Source: an uncultured Actinomycetota bacterium
GTDB taxonomy: Bacteria > Actinomycetota > Actinomycetes > Mycobacteriales > Pseudonocardiaceae
Assembly (NCBI GenBank): GCA_963727495.1
Contig: CAVSGQ010000014.1
Location: 351,051-415,050 of the forward strand
Length of the DNA: 64,000 nt
Reading direction: 5' to 3'
In this document: in pieces, positions 38,368 to 49,862 of the stretch
Layout of the letters: each line of letters opens with the position of its first letter
Position numbering within the stretch: position 1 is the first letter of the stretch
The notes under the pieces: generated by a model
Database searches by the model: none
Seen by the model: only the letters and a program-made list of their open reading frames with translations
What the model was told of the DNA's origin: nothing
Program-made: the position numbers and the translations under genes

Positions 38368-40256
38368 GTAAGCATTCACGTGCTTGATCGTGGGCATGAC
38401 GTGTCCACGGTGGATGTGGTGATGTCCGTGGGCGGTGTCCGGGCTTCAGGCGGGTGCGGGGCGGGGTGGTCGCCACGGGTTTCCGAGGACAGCCCGGCGG
38501 AGCGCGGTCATGACGTTGATGCCCTGTTTGCGGGCGGTGTCGATGTAGCTGCGGATGTCGAGTCGGTCTTGGGTGACGGTTTCGCTGGTGAGTCGCCCGG
38601 AGATCTTCTGCTGGGTTTTGGTGGGTCGCAGGTCGCGTTCGCTGATGTTGTTGGTGGGCCAGATCCGGGTGTCGGTGGTGAAGCGCAGGACGTCGGCCTC
38701 GCGGGTACGGCAGAACTCCAGCAGCTCGCGTCCGGGGCGCTGCGCGGTGGAGTGGCGCGGCCCCGGCACCCGGGGCACCCGTGACAGACCGACCCGCACC
38801 GCGCGGCGAAACTCCAGGGACAGCTCGTCGCGGACCTGTTCGGCGATGGCGGGCAACCCGGCGTCACGGGCGGCATGCCAGGCGGTGATCAGGCCGCGCA
38901 GCGCACGCTGCGCTTGGGCGGGCCACTGCGCTTCGGGGTAGGTCTCGGCAGCGTCGGCGAAATCCCTGAGTAGGTGAGCTGCGCAGGCCTGATGCCCGGT
39001 GAGGGTGTCCCAGCGGGGGTGGAAGTAGTTGGCGTAGCGGTCATGCACCGCGATACCCGCAAACGAGGGGAGGATGCCGAATTCAGCGAACGAGTCCAGG
39101 TCCCGACCAGCCAGGTGGTAGGCGGTGGCATCCTCGGTCGACGCGGACAGCACGTACTTCTTGCTCCCTGCCGGCCCGCAGCGCAGCGTGGTCTCGTCGA
39201 AACCCACGACGTGCGCCAGCGCGATCAACGTCTTGATCGCGGCGACGACCTGCGCGACCGCGACCGCGCACCGAGTGAGCATGCCGTGCACGAACCCGTC
39301 CGACGGTCCGGTCCCACCGGTCAGGTCGGCGATCAACTGCACACACCGCTGCACCGGAACGTGTTGGTAGACCAACAGATAGACGGTCAGCGACTTCAGA
39401 TTCACCCCGTAGCTCGACGGTGCCGTCGACACCTCGTCCGGCAGTTGGCCGACGTGTTCGGCGCCGCAGCCGCAGCGGACCCGATACACATCGTGCTGCC
39501 ACACCGTGATCGCCACCTCGGGCAGGTCATGAACCTGATGGGAACGCTCGACACCCACATCGTGTGCCGCGGCCAGGTCCGCCCCGCATCCACAGCAACC
39601 ATGCGGACGGTGCGGCACCCACTCATCCGGCACGGCCACCCACGGCAGCGCGTTACCCCGGGCGCCTTTCTGCTTGCCCCGCTGGCGTCCAGAACCCTTC
39701 GCCCGCTTCGACGCCGGCATGCTCTTACCTGGAAGGTCATCAGCCGACGGCGGCATCGAGGAGTTCCCACTGTTACGCGAGACCTGACGCTCCAACCGCC
39801 GCACACGCTCCTCCAACGCGGCGTTCGCCTCACGCAACCCCACGATGAGCGCAATCATCTCCTCGCGCGACAACTCCTCCAACCCGGACACAGCCCAAGA
39901 TCCCCGTCCCACGCCGGTCGTAACCCGGACACCGCCGCAGGCAACGCGAACACCGCCCCCGCCGCCCCGCCCTGACCCGCACTCGCAGGATCAGGTCCCA
40001 CTGACCGTCCTCACCGGAGATCTCCCGAGAGGTCGACTCGACCACCGTGTCCTGGACCCCGAGCAGGTCCCGTAATAGTCTCGTAGGGCGCACGCCGTCC
40101 CATCCATGATCGTTCCTGTGCTTCGCAACTCAGAAACGTAGACGGTCGCACGGCGTGCGCCCTAATCGATCATGAAACCCCGCCCACCCCAACGGCAGAA
40201 GGTCCCAACTGTCACGCACCGACACGCACAAGATCAACCACCACGTGAATGCTTAC
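38368..40256 (-). mobile_element. IS66-family element copy 2 (transposase 38446-39891 identical to copy 1) carrying an extra ISL3 5' fragment
   Basis: Same IRs as copy 1; 8-bp TSD ATCGCGGG; 1889 bp versus 1602 bp for copy 1. Confidence 0.95.
39905..40195 (-). pseudogene. ISL3 transposase N-terminal fragment inside IS66 copy 2
   Basis: MRPTRLLRDLLGVQDTVVES...GRCSRCLRRCPGYD zinc-finger start. Confidence 0.7.
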
Positions 40257-40330
40257 ATCGCGGGAGCGGTCACCATCGACGCGCCGGTCGACGAGGTCTT
40301 CGACATGGTTGCGGACGAGCGCAACGAGCC

Positions 40331-41295
40331 GAAACAGCCCGATCTGACGGGCCCGTTCCAGCCGGATCCGCTGTTCGTCATTGGCCTTCGACATCAGTCG
40401 CCAGCGCCTCCCTTTCGGTCCTGAATAGACAGACCGCCGAAAGCTGCCAGACCAAGATCCATGCGTGGGAGAGGCGACTCGTGTTGCTAAACGATCATGG
40501 CCAGCCCGGCGCCAGCAGACGGCCACCCGACACCGAAACCGCGAGCAACCACGCAGGCACCTCGCCAACGTTCGAGCCGACACCCGACCACCGCGACCGC
40601 GCCGCCACACCTGCCCCGACGATCGCGGCGACCGCGTCGGCGAACACCGACCCCGTCACCGCCGGCACCACCGGATCCACCCCCACCTCCACCAGCAGCG
40701 CGGTGAACACCACCCGCACCGGATCCGCCCGGCCAGCGAAACACCGCAGCCAGCCACGCACCGTGTCCACCGGCCGCCCCACCACCGCAGCCACCGCCCG
40801 AACACCCGCTCCGGCCGCCTTCGCCGCCAACGCGGCACCGATCACCGTCACCACATCCGCCCGCCGCAACAGCGCGAACACCGGGAGCAGGACATGCGAC
40901 CGCCCGCACGAACCACACCGCGACCGCCGAGGCCGCACCACCACCGAGCCACCACCAACGGCACCGCCACCCCGCAGCACCCGCGACCGGGCCCACCCCC
41001 ACGGCCCCAACAAACCCCCACAATCCGGACACGCCAGCTCGCCTCGAACAAGCCTGTCCTCGACCCGGACAGCATCCACCCCTACCGTGAGCACAGCGCC
41101 TTCACCCGCGCGCGACACGGCCCTCCCGGGACACGCTCGGCCAGAGAGATACCGGGAGGGCCTTCGCATGCCCTCACCGGCACGGTGCCGCCGCCCACCA
41201 ACACCGCACCGTCACCAGCACGCACCAAGATCCGTCGGCACTCACAATGCCCGGAAACCGCCCCCCAACGTCGGAATCCCCAGCGCCGTTCAACA
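40331..41295 (-). mobile_element. Left part of a DUF6431 / DDE integrase / ExeA-type transposon
   Basis: End TGTTGAACGGCG at 41295. ORF 40495-41094 (CPDCGGLL..WGWAR..RRSRCGSCGRSHVLLP), then integrase start ...RLERARQIGLFR truncated near 40331. Confidence 0.7.
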
Positions 41296-41399
41296 CGGCC
41301 ACCACCCCACGCCGGCCAGCAACAACGCTTGCGCCAGCCCGACCAGCCTTGGTGACCACTACGACCCCACCCCGGCCAGTGCCGAAGGTCGATCCGCGA

Positions 41400-41857
41400 A
41401 CCCGACAAGGATCGGCACCAGCCCGACACAGTCCAGCGACGGCATCGGGCACTATCGGCGACCCTCGGCCTGGCCGCTGGTGATCATCGGCCTTGCCGCC
41501 GCCATCTCCGTGTGGTCCGGGTGGGTCGGCCTCGGCCACCTCGCCGGCTTCGGCACGATCCAACCCCTCCCCGGCCTCTGGGACGACCTCCGGATCAACA
41601 CAGCAGTCGCCTTGCCCATCTCCGTGGAGGCCTACGCCGCCTACGCCCTACGCTGCTGGCTCACCAACCACGACATCACCAGCCTCACCATCGGCGCCAA
41701 CGCCCAGATCGCCTACCACCTCATGACCGCCGCAGGACTCCACCACGCACCCTGGCCCGTCACCGTCGGCGTCGCCACCATCCCGGTCATCGTCCTCGGC
41801 CTCGCCACCGCACTCGCCAACCTCATCCGCAACCCCCAAGAAGGCAGTACGGCATGA
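41400..41857 (+). pseudogene. Integrative-element (AICE/plasmid) Spd-like membrane protein, copy 1 with 39-bp deletion
   Basis: WPLVIIGLAAAISVWSGWVGLG...LPISVEAYAAYALRCWL; a paralog lies at 61690-62124. Confidence 0.6.
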
Positions 41858-41978
41858 CCCGACAGGCTCAAACCGCTCAGGCGGCGGCCAGGTTCCACCC
41901 CCTGCGACACCGGCGAGCGGCTACGGCGGCGACAGAAGACCATGGTCTCCGCCACAACGGGCAGGCCGGCCCAAGAAG

Positions 41979-42314
41979 TCAAGCGCTCGGGCGTTCGTCG
42001 AGAAGGCGTCGCAGATGCTCCGTCGTGACCCGCATATCACGTTCCCAACGCTCCCGCGCCTCATCACCCTGTCCGCCAGCCTCATCCAATCTGGCGATCA
42101 CCCATTCCCGCACCAACACACTCGGCTCAACCCCACGAGCCCGCGCCACCCCGCGAAGCTGCTCGATCCGCTCCCCCGGCAACCGCAACCCATAAACCTG
42201 GGACCGACCCGGCACACGACGCCGATAATCCAACTCCACGTCACGCGTACTCTCCGCATGCTCAGCCTCGACCGCGAGCCTGTCGAACAACTCCTCGTCC
42301 CGCTCAGTCATCAC
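41979..42314 (-). CDS. Ribbon-helix-helix antitoxin (BrnA/CopG-like)
   Basis: SQVYGLRLPGERIEQLRGVARARGVEPSVLVREWV. Confidence 0.7.
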   Translation of the reverse strand: MMTERDEELFDRLAVEAEHAESTRDVELDYRRRVPGRSQVYGLRLPGERIEQLRGVARARGVEPSVLVREWVIARLDEAGGQGDEARERWERDMRVTTEHLRRLLDERPSA

Positions 42315-42323
42315 CGCACCTCC

Positions 42324-42689
42324 TCACCACTGCTCCTCACCACCGGCCGGGCCCGCATACGCATCACGCAACCGGCGCTGCGCCGGCCACGCAGTCGCAA
42401 CATGCCACAACCCACTCGGTGGATGTTCATCCGGCAACATCACCACCACCAGCAACCGACCAGCGGTAACCGAATACCCGACAACCCGAATCGCCTCACC
42501 ACTACGCGACTTCGGATCACGCGCAATCAGCGCGTGCGGATCCAACGCCGCCTCGACCGCCGCTACCGGCTCAACATCAACCGCACCGGGATACCGCAAC
42601 GACCGACGCAGATGCGCCGGGTCCGGCACATCAACCTCATAGATCGGCAACTCCGGCACCGGAACACCGTCGTACACCTCCTCCTGCAC
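42324..42689 (-). CDS. BrnT-like toxin
   Basis: EAALDP...DPKSRSGEAIRVVGYS...LLVVV...ATAWPA; probable leaderless start after a TATACA -10 box; lies upstream of the RHH gene. Confidence 0.6.
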   Translation of the reverse strand: MQEEVYDGVPVPELPIYEVDVPDPAHLRRSLRYPGAVDVEPVAAVEAALDPHALIARDPKSRSGEAIRVVGYSVTAGRLLVVVMLPDEHPPSGLWHVATAWPAQRRLRDAYAGPAGGEEQW

Positions 42690-42948
42690 ACCCTCGAGTG
42701 TATAACGCCGTTCAACAGTCCGCCAGCAAGTGGACAGCCAGTCTCGATCAACAGAGGGGTGCCGGCCAGCGCTACAACGGTGGCTGTACCAGGTACAAAC
42801 CCCCGGTGGCGGGTGAGTACCGGTGCGCCCTGGCGGGACGTGCAGTGGCATATGGGTCGGGCGGGTGAGTTGGGATGTCGGTGTGGACTCGACGATCGCC
42901 CGGGCGCATTGAGCATGCGGCGGGTGCACGGTACGACTATGAGGATGA

Positions 42949-44191
42949 TCAACGAATGGCTCTGATCAACCCCGACACAGGCCATGGCCGGCCGCGTGAG
43001 CGGCCGGCCATGGCCGCCGCGGCGCCGCCGTTCCGGCGCACCCGAAGGAAGACGATTGTGGCCACGCCGAGCGCGACGGTCAGGATCGCGGAGGCGGCGA
43101 TGGTGTGCTTGGCGCCGATCGTGCTGACGAGCGGACCGCCGACGAGGGTGCCGAGCGGGATGGACAGGTTGAGCATCGTCGAATTGGCGGCCAGCACCTG
43201 AGGCCTGTTCAGCTCGGTCGTGGACCGTTGGAGCAACGCCATGGAGGTGGAGGGGAACGGTGCCCAGGTCAGGCCGCCGAGACCGAAGGAGACCAGTGCG
43301 ACCACCGTGGGGAAGCCAAGACCGAGCGGCAGCAGGGCCAGCCCCCAGCCGATGACGGTGGCGATGGTGGTGAGCTGGATCGGCCAGCGTTGCAGATGGC
43401 CGGCGCCGAGTCCGCCGATGACCGCGCCGATGCCGAACGCGGTCCAGAACGCGGCCAATGTCGTGGCCGATCCGTCACCCGTCTCGGCGGTGAAGATCGG
43501 TAGCGCGACCCGCACCGGTCCGTACAGCAGGTAGAAGGTGAAACCGAGAATCAGCAGGCCGAGCAGGAGCGGGTTGCGAAACGTCGTCGCGAATCCGGTT
43601 GCCCGCTTGCCGGAGGGTTCGTTCGGCTCGAGCCGGGCGGTACGGGGGACCGCGAGCAGATAGGTGAGAGCGAGGACGGCGAACGTCGCCGCGTCGGCAG
43701 CGATGGCCAGCGGCGCGCCGCCGATGCTGATGACGACCGCGGCAATGCCTGGGCCGATCAGCGCGGCGAACTCGCTGAGGATGCCGATCAGCGCGTTGGC
43801 CGGCAGATGTTGCTCCTGGGGAAGGATCGCGGCCATGAGCGTGAACCGGCCCGCGTTCCCCCACGAACGCATCCACGAGGACAACGCGAGCAGAACGACG
43901 AACAACCAGATGTCAAGCAGCCCCACCAGCTGACACACCGGTATCGCGCCGAGCATGGTGGCGCGCAGGATCGCGTCCCAGCTCGCCATCTGGGCGCCGC
44001 TTCGACCACTCATGAACCAGTCGAGCAACAACGTGCCGAGCAGAGCCGGGCACGCTCGTCGCCGCCAGGGCGGCGACCCATGCGCCACGACTGTCCGCGG
44101 GCGCGAGCTGGATCGCCAGCCAGCTGACCGCGACGACGCTCATTCCGTCGCCGACGGAGGAGATCGCGAAACCGGGTAGCAGCCGTCGCAT
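42949..44191 (-). CDS. MFS transporter (macrolide-efflux/H+ antiporter-like), frameshift near 44065
   Basis: FAISSVGDGMSVVAVSWL start, about 12 TM segments, ANALI and PLGTLVGG motifs. Confidence 0.8.
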
Positions 44192-44299
44192 GACCGGATG
44201 GACGATGACCGGCCGGTACGGGGACGAACGAACCGGGAAACCGAGAGAATGGGCACGCGAAAACGTCTCCTGTCGTGGTGGTCGGGCCGGCTCAATCGG

Positions 44300-44640
44300 A
44301 CGCGCGCGGCGTGGCCGGCGCGGCATGCAGGCGCGCGGCGATGATCGGCCCGATTCGGGCCAGCGCGCCGGGCCGGTCATCTCACCATGAGTGCAGTCAA
44401 CGGCGTGCTCCTCCACTCGACCATCGACGTACGGCCGCCACATACCGCCCGACAGGCGGTATGTGACCGGATTGCGTTGTGCGGTGAAAACCAGCATGTC
44501 ACCCCGGAATCGTCCAGGCGCGTTCTTTCGCGCAAGGCGTACGTTGTTCGCCGTCACGTCGACAATTGCCGACAGCTGGTCCGGGCCGATGCCGGCCAGT
44601 GATCTTTCGGGCGATCGCCAGGGCTCTTGTTGGGTCCCGT
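44300..44640 (-). pseudogene. NRPS/PKS thioesterase C-terminal fragment
   Basis: RFRGDMLVFTA...WRPYVDGRVEEHAVDCTHGEM. Confidence 0.7.
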
Positions 44641-44642
44641 TC

Positions 44643-45280
44643 CGAGGAAGGTCTTGGCGGGCCACCACACGGGCCGGTAGTCCGCGACGGCGACCTGCGC
44701 GCCGTCCATGTCGATCGCGTCGGTCCAGTCGGTCTCGGTGATGCCGTCGAGCAGCCGCCAGAGCGGGGCGATGCGTTTGGCGCCGATCGCGAACTCCACG
44801 CCGGCGAAGAACGCAACCCGGGCCAGCTCACCGGCGAAATACCCGGCGTCGGCCCGTGACCCGCACCCGACCCGCTCTGGCCTGCTCGGGTAACTGAGCG
44901 AGCGCACGCCCGAACAGTTCGGCGGCGCTGGCGCGAGGATCATCGTTACCCGACACCAACTCGCCGGCTAGCACGGTCTCGACCTCGGCCCACGTGGCGA
45001 CGTGCGCACGTCCCACACGCTGCCCTTGATGGTTGAAGGCCACACCGCGTTTCTTGCGCCCGTAGACCTCCACGTCGCTGGCGTCGAGATCGATCGTCGC
45101 CGCAGCGCACAACCGGGTCTGCCGCACTGCGGGCACCCGCTCGAGCATCCGCTGCGTCACCTGCGCGATCCCGGTCTCCACTGCTGTCCATTGTGGGTCG
45201 GCGAACCTGCGGGCCAGTCCGGCGGCGGTGGTCGAGGACAACCCCGGCACCGGTGTGATCTCCTGCCCAGCAACATCGCC
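44643..45280 (-). pseudogene. IS1380 transposase internal fragment
   Basis: High identity to 22530-23150 (IDLDASDVEVYGRKKRG, ADAGYFAGEL). Confidence 0.9.
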
Positions 45281-45283
45281 ACG

Positions 45284-46051
45284 ATGGCGATCCACACCGA
45301 CCAGGGAAGCGTGACCACCGTTCGGCGGGTAGGGGACACCATCCGGCGTCCGGTCAGGGAATGGACGGCGGCGGTGCACGCGCTGCTCGAGCACCCGGGG
45401 GCAGCCGGATTCGGTAAGGCGCCGCGGGTACTGGGCATCGAGGGCGACGAGGAGGTGCTCTCGCTGCTCCGGGGAGAGCCCGCGTTCAAGCCGTGGCCCC
45501 CCGTACTGCGAGACTCCCGTGGACCGGCGGCGCTCGCGCGCTGGCTGCGGGACTACCACCAGGCCATCCGGGACTTCCGGCCGTCGGCTGGTGCGCGCTG
45601 GCATCTGTCCGAACAGGACTGGCAGCCGGGAATGGTGATCCGACATGGCGATCTCGGTCCGTGGAACTCCATTTGGGACGATGACAGCCTCACCGGCTTC
45701 ATCGACTGGGACTTCGCGGCGCCCGGGCAGGCGATGGACGACGTCGCACAGCTCGCCTGGTATGCGGTGCCGCTACGCCCCTTGGACCCCGAACGCGCCC
45801 CCTGGCTCACCGGTCTGCCGGTCCAGCGTGCCCGTCTCCAGGCCATCTGCACGGCCTACCCCGCGCAGCCGGACGCCGTGCTGGACGCCCTCGCCGGTCT
45901 CCAGGCACGCGAGGCCGACCGCATCCGTCGCGAGGGCACGCGCGGCGTCGAACCGTGGGCCGGCTTCCTCGCGCGGGGCGACGCGACCGAGATGGACGAG
46001 GAAGCGGCGTGGCTCCGGAAGAACCGCGCCGCGCTGCTCGGCACCGCATGA
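45284..46051 (+). CDS. Aminoglycoside phosphotransferase-like kinase
   Basis: VRRVGDTIRRP, IRHGDLGPWN and GFIDWDFA motifs; the N-terminus may be clipped by IS1380. Confidence 0.85.
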   Translation: MAIHTDQGSVTTVRRVGDTIRRPVREWTAAVHALLEHPGAAGFGKAPRVLGIEGDEEVLSLLRGEPAFKPWPPVLRDSRGPAALARWLRDYHQAIRDFRPSAGARWHLSEQDWQPGMVIRHGDLGPWNSIWDDDSLTGFIDWDFAAPGQAMDDVAQLAWYAVPLRPLDPERAPWLTGLPVQRARLQAICTAYPAQPDAVLDALAGLQAREADRIRREGTRGVEPWAGFLARGDATEMDEEAAWLRKNRAALLGTA

Positions 46052-46169
46052 GAACTCACGCAGGCAGCCCGCCCGTGATCGCGGATGCCGATCGCGCCCG
46101 CCACAGCGTGCGGCTCCGCCAGGACATGACCGCCGCGAGGACGTCGAGGACGGCAGCGAAGGCGTACGC

Positions 46170-46791
46170 CGGTAACCGTGCGACACCTGCTCTCACACAG
46201 CTCCGGCCTGGCCAAACCGCTGCCGATCCGGTGGGTCCGTCCCGCCGACTCACCAGCTCCCGACCAGCCCGCGTGCGTCGAAAGGCTGCGGGCCCGCCAC
46301 CGCCGCCTCAGGTTCCCTCCCGGCGAGCGAACCGCCTACTCCAACCTCGGCTACCTCGTGCTGGGCGAGGTCATCGCAGCGGTCACCGGGGACCGTTCGA
46401 CACCCACCTCCGGACCCGCGTGCTGTACCCACTCGGGATGACCCACACCAGCTTCGACTACGCCGCCACCGGCGACGAACGCCCGGCGACCGGCTACCAG
46501 CCACTGCCCACCCTGCTGGCCTCTCTGCTGACGCCCCTGATGCGCGCGATGCTGCCGGCCGGCGTCGTCGCCGGCAGACGCGGCCGCCACCTCGCCTACC
46601 ACCCGTTCCACGTCCTCGGCGCCGCCTACGGAGGGCTGGTCGGCGGCGTGGCCGACGCCGCCCGGCTGGCCATGCTCCACCTGGGCGACGGCACCCTGGA
46701 CGGCGTGCGGGTACTACCCGCCAACCTCACCGCCCAGATGCGACAGATCATCCCCCGCGGCGGTCCGCTGGACGTCGGCCTCGGCTGGTAG
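46170..46791 (+). pseudogene. Serine hydrolase (beta-lactamase family) fragment with frameshifts
   Basis: HLLSHSSGL, YSNLGYLVLGEVI, PLGMTHT and GLGW. Confidence 0.75.
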
Positions 46792-46795
46792 CGAG

Positions 46796-47150
46796 ATGGA
46801 TAGCCATTCACCGTTCGCCTGCCTGCTCGTCGGCCAGCCGACACTGCGCAGGCGGATCAAACTCGGCACCTTCGCCGCGCTCGACCAACGGATCACCCTG
46901 CGCTACGCGATGAACGGCATGACCGACAAGGAGACCGCCAGCTACATCGCCCACCACCTGACGTTGGCTGGACGATCGGACACGCCGTTCAGCGACGACG
47001 CCGTCGCGCTGATCCCACCAGGTCTCCTGCGGCCTGCCGCGAGCGGTGAACAACCTCGCCGTCCAAGCCCTCGTCGCCGCCTACGCGAGCAAGAAGGCAA
47101 TAGTCGACGAATCATCCGCCCGCGCCGCAGTCACCGAGGTAACGGCAGAA
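46796..47150 (+). pseudogene. ExeA/TniB-like ATPase C-terminal fragment
   Basis: PFACLLVGQPTLRRRIKLGTFAALDQRITLRY...YIAHHLTLAG...FSDDA. Confidence 0.8.
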
Positions 47151-47174
47151 TGAGCACCACCGCGACAACCTGAC

Positions 47175-48025
47175 GAACACGACGTTCGGCGGCGCTGGTG
47201 GTGTAGAAGTGGTCGGGTTTGACGGGTCGGAACAGCCGATACAGGGGCACGGTTCCGGGTTGTTGGGTGGTGGCCAGGTACCCGAGCGGTCCCTCGTCGA
47301 CGGCTCCGGTCGCTCCCTCACAGCCGGGGCCGACCGCCAGCACGTGCCAGCCGTGGCCCAGGAAGCAGCGATGTAGCGGGCTGAGTCGGGGACCTGCGTC
47401 CGTTGCCAGGTGGAAGGCGCTTGCTGTCTCGAGTCGCATGCGCGGTGCCTGGGTGATCTCCTGCTCGCTGACCGAGTAGAGATGCTGCAGGCTCTGCTCG
47501 TGGTAGCCGCGGTAGATGCCGCGCAGTATCGGCTCGGTGCGTGTCGTCGCCGGCTCGGTTGTCGGCGTAGCGGGCCGGTCGGGCCTGGTGGGACGGGCCA
47601 CGCTCCCGTGCTCCCGGGCGCCCGGCGGCTGGCCGCAGTGGTCGAGCGTGGTGTCGCACATGGCCTTGAACAGCTCCGGGTGCTCGCGCATGTCGAACAC
47701 TTTGACGCTGCCGAACTTGGTCGGGAAGAAGACCGGGAACATGTACCGGTAGCCGACGTGCTGGTCGCGGACCTGTTGCCGGATGACCGCGTGCCGGTCG
47801 CGGTCGCCGCGGTAGAACCGAGAGCTCTGGCTGTTCTTGTCGGTTGGGCTGTTGTCGATGTGCATGAGGAGCGGGGTGTGTTCGGCTTCGAGGTCGTGCG
47901 CCAGCTTCTTGGTGTAGTCCCGCCCGCCGCGGTCGGTGATCGTGAGGTAGTCGTTGTGCTTGGGGATCGGGATCTTCGCACCCCAGACGGTGCCGCCGAC
48001 GAACTGGCGCGGCTTGTGCTTCTAT
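47175..48025 (-). pseudogene. Fragment of an unknown protein with a C-terminal HFYT-type (DUF5648-like) repeat
   Basis: GPLGYLATTQQPGTVPLYRLF...DHFYTTSAAER; truncated at both ends, frameshift near 47870. Confidence 0.5.
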
Positions 48026-48029
48026 GACC

Positions 48030-48090
48030 GCTACTCGTGACCGGTCTCGGTGACCAGTACGGATTCCTCGAGGTGGGCGTAGCGAATGGC
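48030..48090 (-). pseudogene. M24 peptidase C-terminal remnant
   Basis: YAHLEESVLVTETGHE* resembles the last strand of Xaa-Pro peptidases. Confidence 0.4.
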
Positions 48091-48135
48091 GGCCGCCGTA
48101 CGTTCGCGTGTGGGAGCGTGTGTGAAAGCGACTGA

Positions 48136-49857
48136 CTACGCTGGCCGGTCTCCCGCTTCAACGGTCAACGTTCGGCTGTCCACGGCCGGCAGCATGCGTG
48201 CCGGGTCGCGGGTAACCGCGACGTCCACGACCGTCGGCCGGCCACGCTCGGCGATCGCTGACCGCAGTGCGTCGGCTAGCTGGACGGGACGATCGACTCG
48301 GATCCCTCGGCACCCGTATGCCTCCGCCACGCGGGCGTAGTCGAGGTCGGACAGGTCGCTCGACTCGTAGTGACCCTCCCCGTACACCGCGTGCTGCAGC
48401 GCCTTGACGTAGCCCGAGGCAGCGTTGTTCACGATCACGAGCACGAACTCCAGGCCCAGCCTTACCGCAGTTTCGAGCTCGCCGACCACCATGTTGAACC
48501 CGCCGTCGCCGGTGATGCCCACCACAGGTACGCCAGGACGACCCATGGCGCAGCCCATCGCTCCGGGGAGCCCGTAGCCGATGGAGGCGAAGCCTCGGTT
48601 GGGGACGAAGCCGCGGCCGGCCGCGCGGGTGTCGTGCAGCAGGCCCGTCCAGTGGCTGGCGAACCCTCCGTCGGCGACGACGACGGCGTCATTACGCAGC
48701 GTCCGACCGAGCTCGGCGAGCAGGCGCGCCATGTGTACGGGCGACTCCTCGGACTCGTACTTCGGACGCGCCTCGTCCAGCCACTCGTCCCGAAGCCGGG
48801 CGACGTCATTCCACAACTCGTCCCGGCCGGCGATGCCGCGGCACCGGATCGCCTCGGCCAGGTCCAGCAAGCCCTCCCGGGCGTCGCCCACCAACCCGGT
48901 GTGGACGGGGTGGTGGCGGCCGATCTCCTCGGCGAGGACGTCCAGGTGCACGACAGGGATCTCGGGACGAGGCAGGGTGTACCGCTTGGTCGCGATCTCG
49001 CCAAACTTGCACCCAACGGCCAGGATGGCGTCCGCCTCGTCGATGAGTTCGTTGGCGTAGCGGCTGTACCGCCCGAAGAGGCCGACCGAGCGGCGGTCTG
49101 TGCACGCGATGGCACCCTTGCCGCTCAACGTGTGCGCGACAGGAGCATCCAGCGCCTCGGCCAGTTCCGCGAGGGCCTGCCAGGCTTCGGAGAGGTGGAC
49201 CCCGCCGCCGGCCAGCACGATCGGGCGGCGGGCCTGGGCCAGCAGGTCCGCGGCCGCCTCGACTCCGTGCCGCGAGGGGCGTGAGCGCCTCGCGGGGACG
49301 CTCGCCACGTTCTCGTCGACCCACAGTTCGGACTCGTCGAAGTCGTGGACGTCGTGGGCGATGTCCTCGGGCATGCACAGCACCACCGGTCCGGGGCGCC
49401 CCGATGTCGCCGTTCCGAAGGCTCGCCTCACGAGCTCTGGGATGCGCGCGATCTCCTCGACGCGGAGGTACTCTTTGCACACGGGTGCGAGGATCTCCGC
49501 TTGGCGCGCTTCCTGGGTCATGTTCTTCCAGGAGTGCGCCCGATGCGTGTCGCCGACGAGCGCGATGATCGGCACGCCCGCGTTGTAGGACTCGGCCAGC
49601 GCCGTCACCAGGTTCGTCGCCCCCGGGCCCAGGGTGCCGTCACACAACCCGGGCCGACCAGTCATCCGCGCGTACGCGTCGGCCGCGAAAGCACCTGCGC
49701 GCTCATCGTTGATGAGGACGTGCCTGAGGCCGAGCTCGCGGGCCGCTTCGTAGAAGGGAAGCATCTGAAAGCCCCCCATGCCGAAGATCGGCCCCTCCGA
49801 GCCGTGCCGCACGACCATCTCGGCCACGGCGTGGCCACCCGACATTGACTTTTTCAC
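48136..49857 (-). CDS. Thiamine pyrophosphate-binding enzyme (acetolactate synthase large subunit-like)
   Basis: DERAGAFAADAYARMTG, GPGATN, SGRPGPV and TPP motif GDGG...NN. Confidence 0.92.
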   Translation of the reverse strand: MKKSMSGGHAVAEMVVRHGSEGPIFGMGGFQMLPFYEAARELGLRHVLINDERAGAFAADAYARMTGRPGLCDGTLGPGATNLVTALAESYNAGVPIIALVGDTHRAHSWKNMTQEARQAEILAPVCKEYLRVEEIARIPELVRRAFGTATSGRPGPVVLCMPEDIAHDVHDFDESELWVDENVASVPARRSRPSRHGVEAAADLLAQARRPIVLAGGGVHLSEAWQALAELAEALDAPVAHTLSGKGAIACTDRRSVGLFGRYSRYANELIDEADAILAVGCKFGEIATKRYTLPRPEIPVVHLDVLAEEIGRHHPVHTGLVGDAREGLLDLAEAIRCRGIAGRDELWNDVARLRDEWLDEARPKYESEESPVHMARLLAELGRTLRNDAVVVADGGFASHWTGLLHDTRAAGRGFVPNRGFASIGYGLPGAMGCAMGRPGVPVVGITGDGGFNMVVGELETAVRLGLEFVLVIVNNAASGYVKALQHAVYGEGHYESSDLSDLDYARVAEAYGCRGIRVDRPVQLADALRSAIAERGRPTVVDVAVTRDPARMLPAVDSRTLTVEAGDRPA

Positions 49858-49862
49858 AGTGA

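Larger units (their letters stand above)
38351..40331 (+). pseudogene. SRPBCC-family gene start, split by IS66 and truncated
   Basis: Removing the IS and one TSD gives MTHIAGAVTIDAPVDEVFDMVADERNEP after a GGAGG RBS. Confidence 0.7.

Noticed and set aside
40172-41857. 561-aa ORF as one protein
   Set aside because: Mostly antisense to the IS66 end and the DUF6431 gene; only the last ~150 codons are a real gene fragment.
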